From Basidiobolus meristosporus CBS 931.73 (Eukaryota > Fungi > Basidiobolomycota): DNA of 64,000 nucleotides. The stretch spans positions 62,001 to 126,000 of the forward strand of contig MCFE01000131.1 of NCBI GenBank assembly GCA_002104905.1, in the 5' to 3' direction. This document shows positions 61,673 through 64,000 of this stretch, piece by piece. The position numbers and the translations under genes were made by a program. Below the pieces are notes generated by a model, which worked only from the letters and a program-made list of their open reading frames with translations, searched no databases and was not told the origin of the DNA. Position 1 is the stretch's first letter. Each line of letters opens with the position of its first letter.

Positions 61673-64000
61673 ATGCCCACCACTAAGAATATTTCCAAAG
61701 GCCGTCTCCCTCCGAGTCTCCCAAGGGGTCAGACTGAATTGCCTTTCAAATCACGTCGTTCCCCAGTGTATGGAACCCATGCTATGGTCGCTAGCACGTA
61801 ACAATTCTCGGGCTCACTTGATTTCACCCTCCAGATATTAACCTAACTCAATCTAGTCAAACCCTAGCAACACAAGCTGGTTATGAGATATTGAAGAAAG
61901 GTGGAAACGCTGCGGTAAGTACTAGGTCTGGTCTTTGCACTTGAAATCGCACTTATCATGAATCCTCGATGTCTATTGTTAGGATGCTGCAATTGCTGTT
62001 GGTATGTCCACACCCACTAGAAATCTATATCTCCTAGAGTCTAACGCTAATTGGAAACTATTTCGTACGATAGCTGCCTGTTTGGGGGTAGTAGGTCTGT
62101 TTATGACAACTACCATGCTAATTCGGCAATAATATCAATGCTTGTGACGTTTAGAGCCTGCTTCGACCGGCATCGGTGGCGATTGCTTCTGTCTTTACTA
62201 TGATGCTACAGCCAAATCCGTATCGGGCCTGAATGGTTCTGGCAGGTACACTTTGTCTTTACCAACAGCGGCTTTATTCTATTCTAACAGCAACGCCTCT
62301 CCTGTCTCGAATGCGAAGGAGCCCAGCGAATACAAGTCTCCAGCGAGTGAAGGCCGATCTTGGTGAAGTAAAGAACATACCGTGGTGCAGTGGCCACTCT
62401 ATAACTGTGCCAGGGGCTGCTGCTGGCTGGTTCGACACAGTGGAGCATTTTGGGAGTGGGAAATTGACGATGGGTGAGATTCTGGAACCAGCCATCACCG
62501 CCGCTGAGGATGGGTAAAATCCATGGTTGTAAATGATGTATCTACTCCATATTAATTTGGCTTGTACAGCTTTGCTGTTTCAACCATTTCTGCCAAATTG
62601 GTTAGAAGCTATGGCTACATTTCCCTTCTGAAACCCTCCCTAATCTTTCTAAACCCTAAACACGGGTACTTACTTAGTGGGAGCAAGGTGTCGAGAAGTT
62701 GAAAGCTGCTTCTCCTAACCACGCCGAGTTGTTAGCAGACGGTGACGCCCCTAAAGAAGGGGAGCTCTTCCTGAACCCAGGACTTGCCAGGTAAATTTAC
62801 TCCACATCGAGTCCCACCTTTGGCATTTGCTCATTGAAACCCCTAGTACTCTACGCGCCATCTCGCAGAAAGGCCGAGATGGTTTTTACAAAGGAGAGAT
62901 CGCACAAGCCATCGTTGACGCAGTCCGGGACAGGGGCGGTCTCATGACGCTGGAGGATCTAGCGAGCCATAAATCTCAGCTGGTCGATCCTATAAGCATT
63001 GATTATGAGGGGGTTACAGTGCACGAATGCCCAGCCAATGGCCAAGGTAAACCATACAGGTGGCATTAGCCAACACATTCGCTAAACGAGACATCTAGGC
63101 ATCACCGCTCTTATGGCTCTAGGTATCCTGGAGGCATTACAAAAAAGCCAAGTGATCCAGCCTTTAGAGCAGTTAGAGCATAACTCCGCAGAGTATCTCC
63201 ATGCTCTGATTGAGGCCTTAAGGATAGCTTTTATCGACACCCGTTGGTACGTTACCGACCCGGACGTTTGTGAAGTCCCAAGCGACCAGCTGTTGAGCAA
63301 GGTACAGTGGTGCTTCTTCAAAGCCCGATTCAAGTGCCTAACTGTTGGCCAGCGCTATTTGAAGGAGCGATCTAGGCTCTTCAACCCATCCAAGGCGGCT
63401 GTAGATCTGAAGCACGGGTCCCCGACACATTCCAGCGACACGGTTTATCTTTCGGTGGTTGACGAGGACGGAAACGCTTGCAGCTTCATTGTAAGGCAGC
63501 CATTCTGAAGGATTTTTTGTAAACATCTCCTGTCTAACATCGAAGTCTTAGATATCAACCTACGAAGGCTTTGGAGTAATATCATCCCTTTGACATTATT
63601 CTGTACGCATTATTAACTGGTCATTGTTTCAAACCCACTCGATCTGCACTATAGTCGGTAAGCGTTGCACTCCAATTGTTATGAGTATGTTCAAAGGCAT
63701 ACTCACTGTCGGTTTGCCAGGGGGTGATTCCTAAAGGTTGCGGCTTTGCCTTGCAAAATCGCGGCAGCAATTTCAACCTGGAAGCCGACCATCCCAATCG
63801 ATATGCCCCCTCAAAACGTCCTTACCACACAATCATTCCTGCTATGGCAACGGTGGGCGAGGAGCTATATTTATGTTACGGAGGTAAGCCAAGTCGCCGT
63901 CGATTATGTCAGCTTGTCATTGACTATGATTCCTGGGCTCAGTTATGGGCGGCTTTATGCAGGTTGGTGTAGCAAGCGTGTGATACTTGGCGTCTCTAAC
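61673..64000 (+). CDS. GGT: Gamma-glutamyltranspeptidase-family (T3) protein, at least 15 introns, runs off the window end
   Basis: Spliced reading gives SRRSPV...[37 protein letters not shown], nucleophile region [43 protein letters not shown]. No N-terminal TM anchor. The start codon is tentative. Confidence 0.93.

Noticed and set aside
1-64000. CRISPR arrays, rRNA and prokaryotic systems
   Set aside because: No short regularly spaced repeats or rRNA signatures; the sequence is intron-containing eukaryotic DNA.

Overview
Eukaryotic (fungal) genomic DNA. The short GT-AG introns, chitin deacetylase and very high repeat load are compatible with an early-diverging, TE-rich lineage such as Entomophthorales, but that placement is inference only. 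The window has two sharply separated compartments. (1) 1 to ~39.9 kb is a CpG-depleted, gene-free stack of nested transposons. It is dominated by four copies (A-D) of a ~5.8-kb CACTA/EnSpm-superfamily DNA transposon with CCCTAT termini, 3-bp TSDs, and a Tnp2-type transposase arranged head-to-head with an unrecognised ~650-codon second ORF. Two copies sit inside a third. It also holds a structurally complete but decayed Ty1/copia element (349-bp LTRs, GTACA TSD), several solo LTRs, a Ty3/gypsy integrase remnant and a 729-bp foldback element. (2) ~40 to 64 kb has normal CpG content and carries a MATE transporter, an RRM-containing protein, an M28 leucine aminopeptidase with a scrambled inverted fragment upstream, a PY-motif single-pass protein, a 7TM receptor, three Ser/Thr-rich GPI-type proteins, a GPI-type chitin deacetylase, and an intron-dense gamma-glutamyltranspeptidase with a probable 3-nt microexon. 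No rRNA, tRNA or CRISPR was found. All alignments and identities were done by eye and are approximate.
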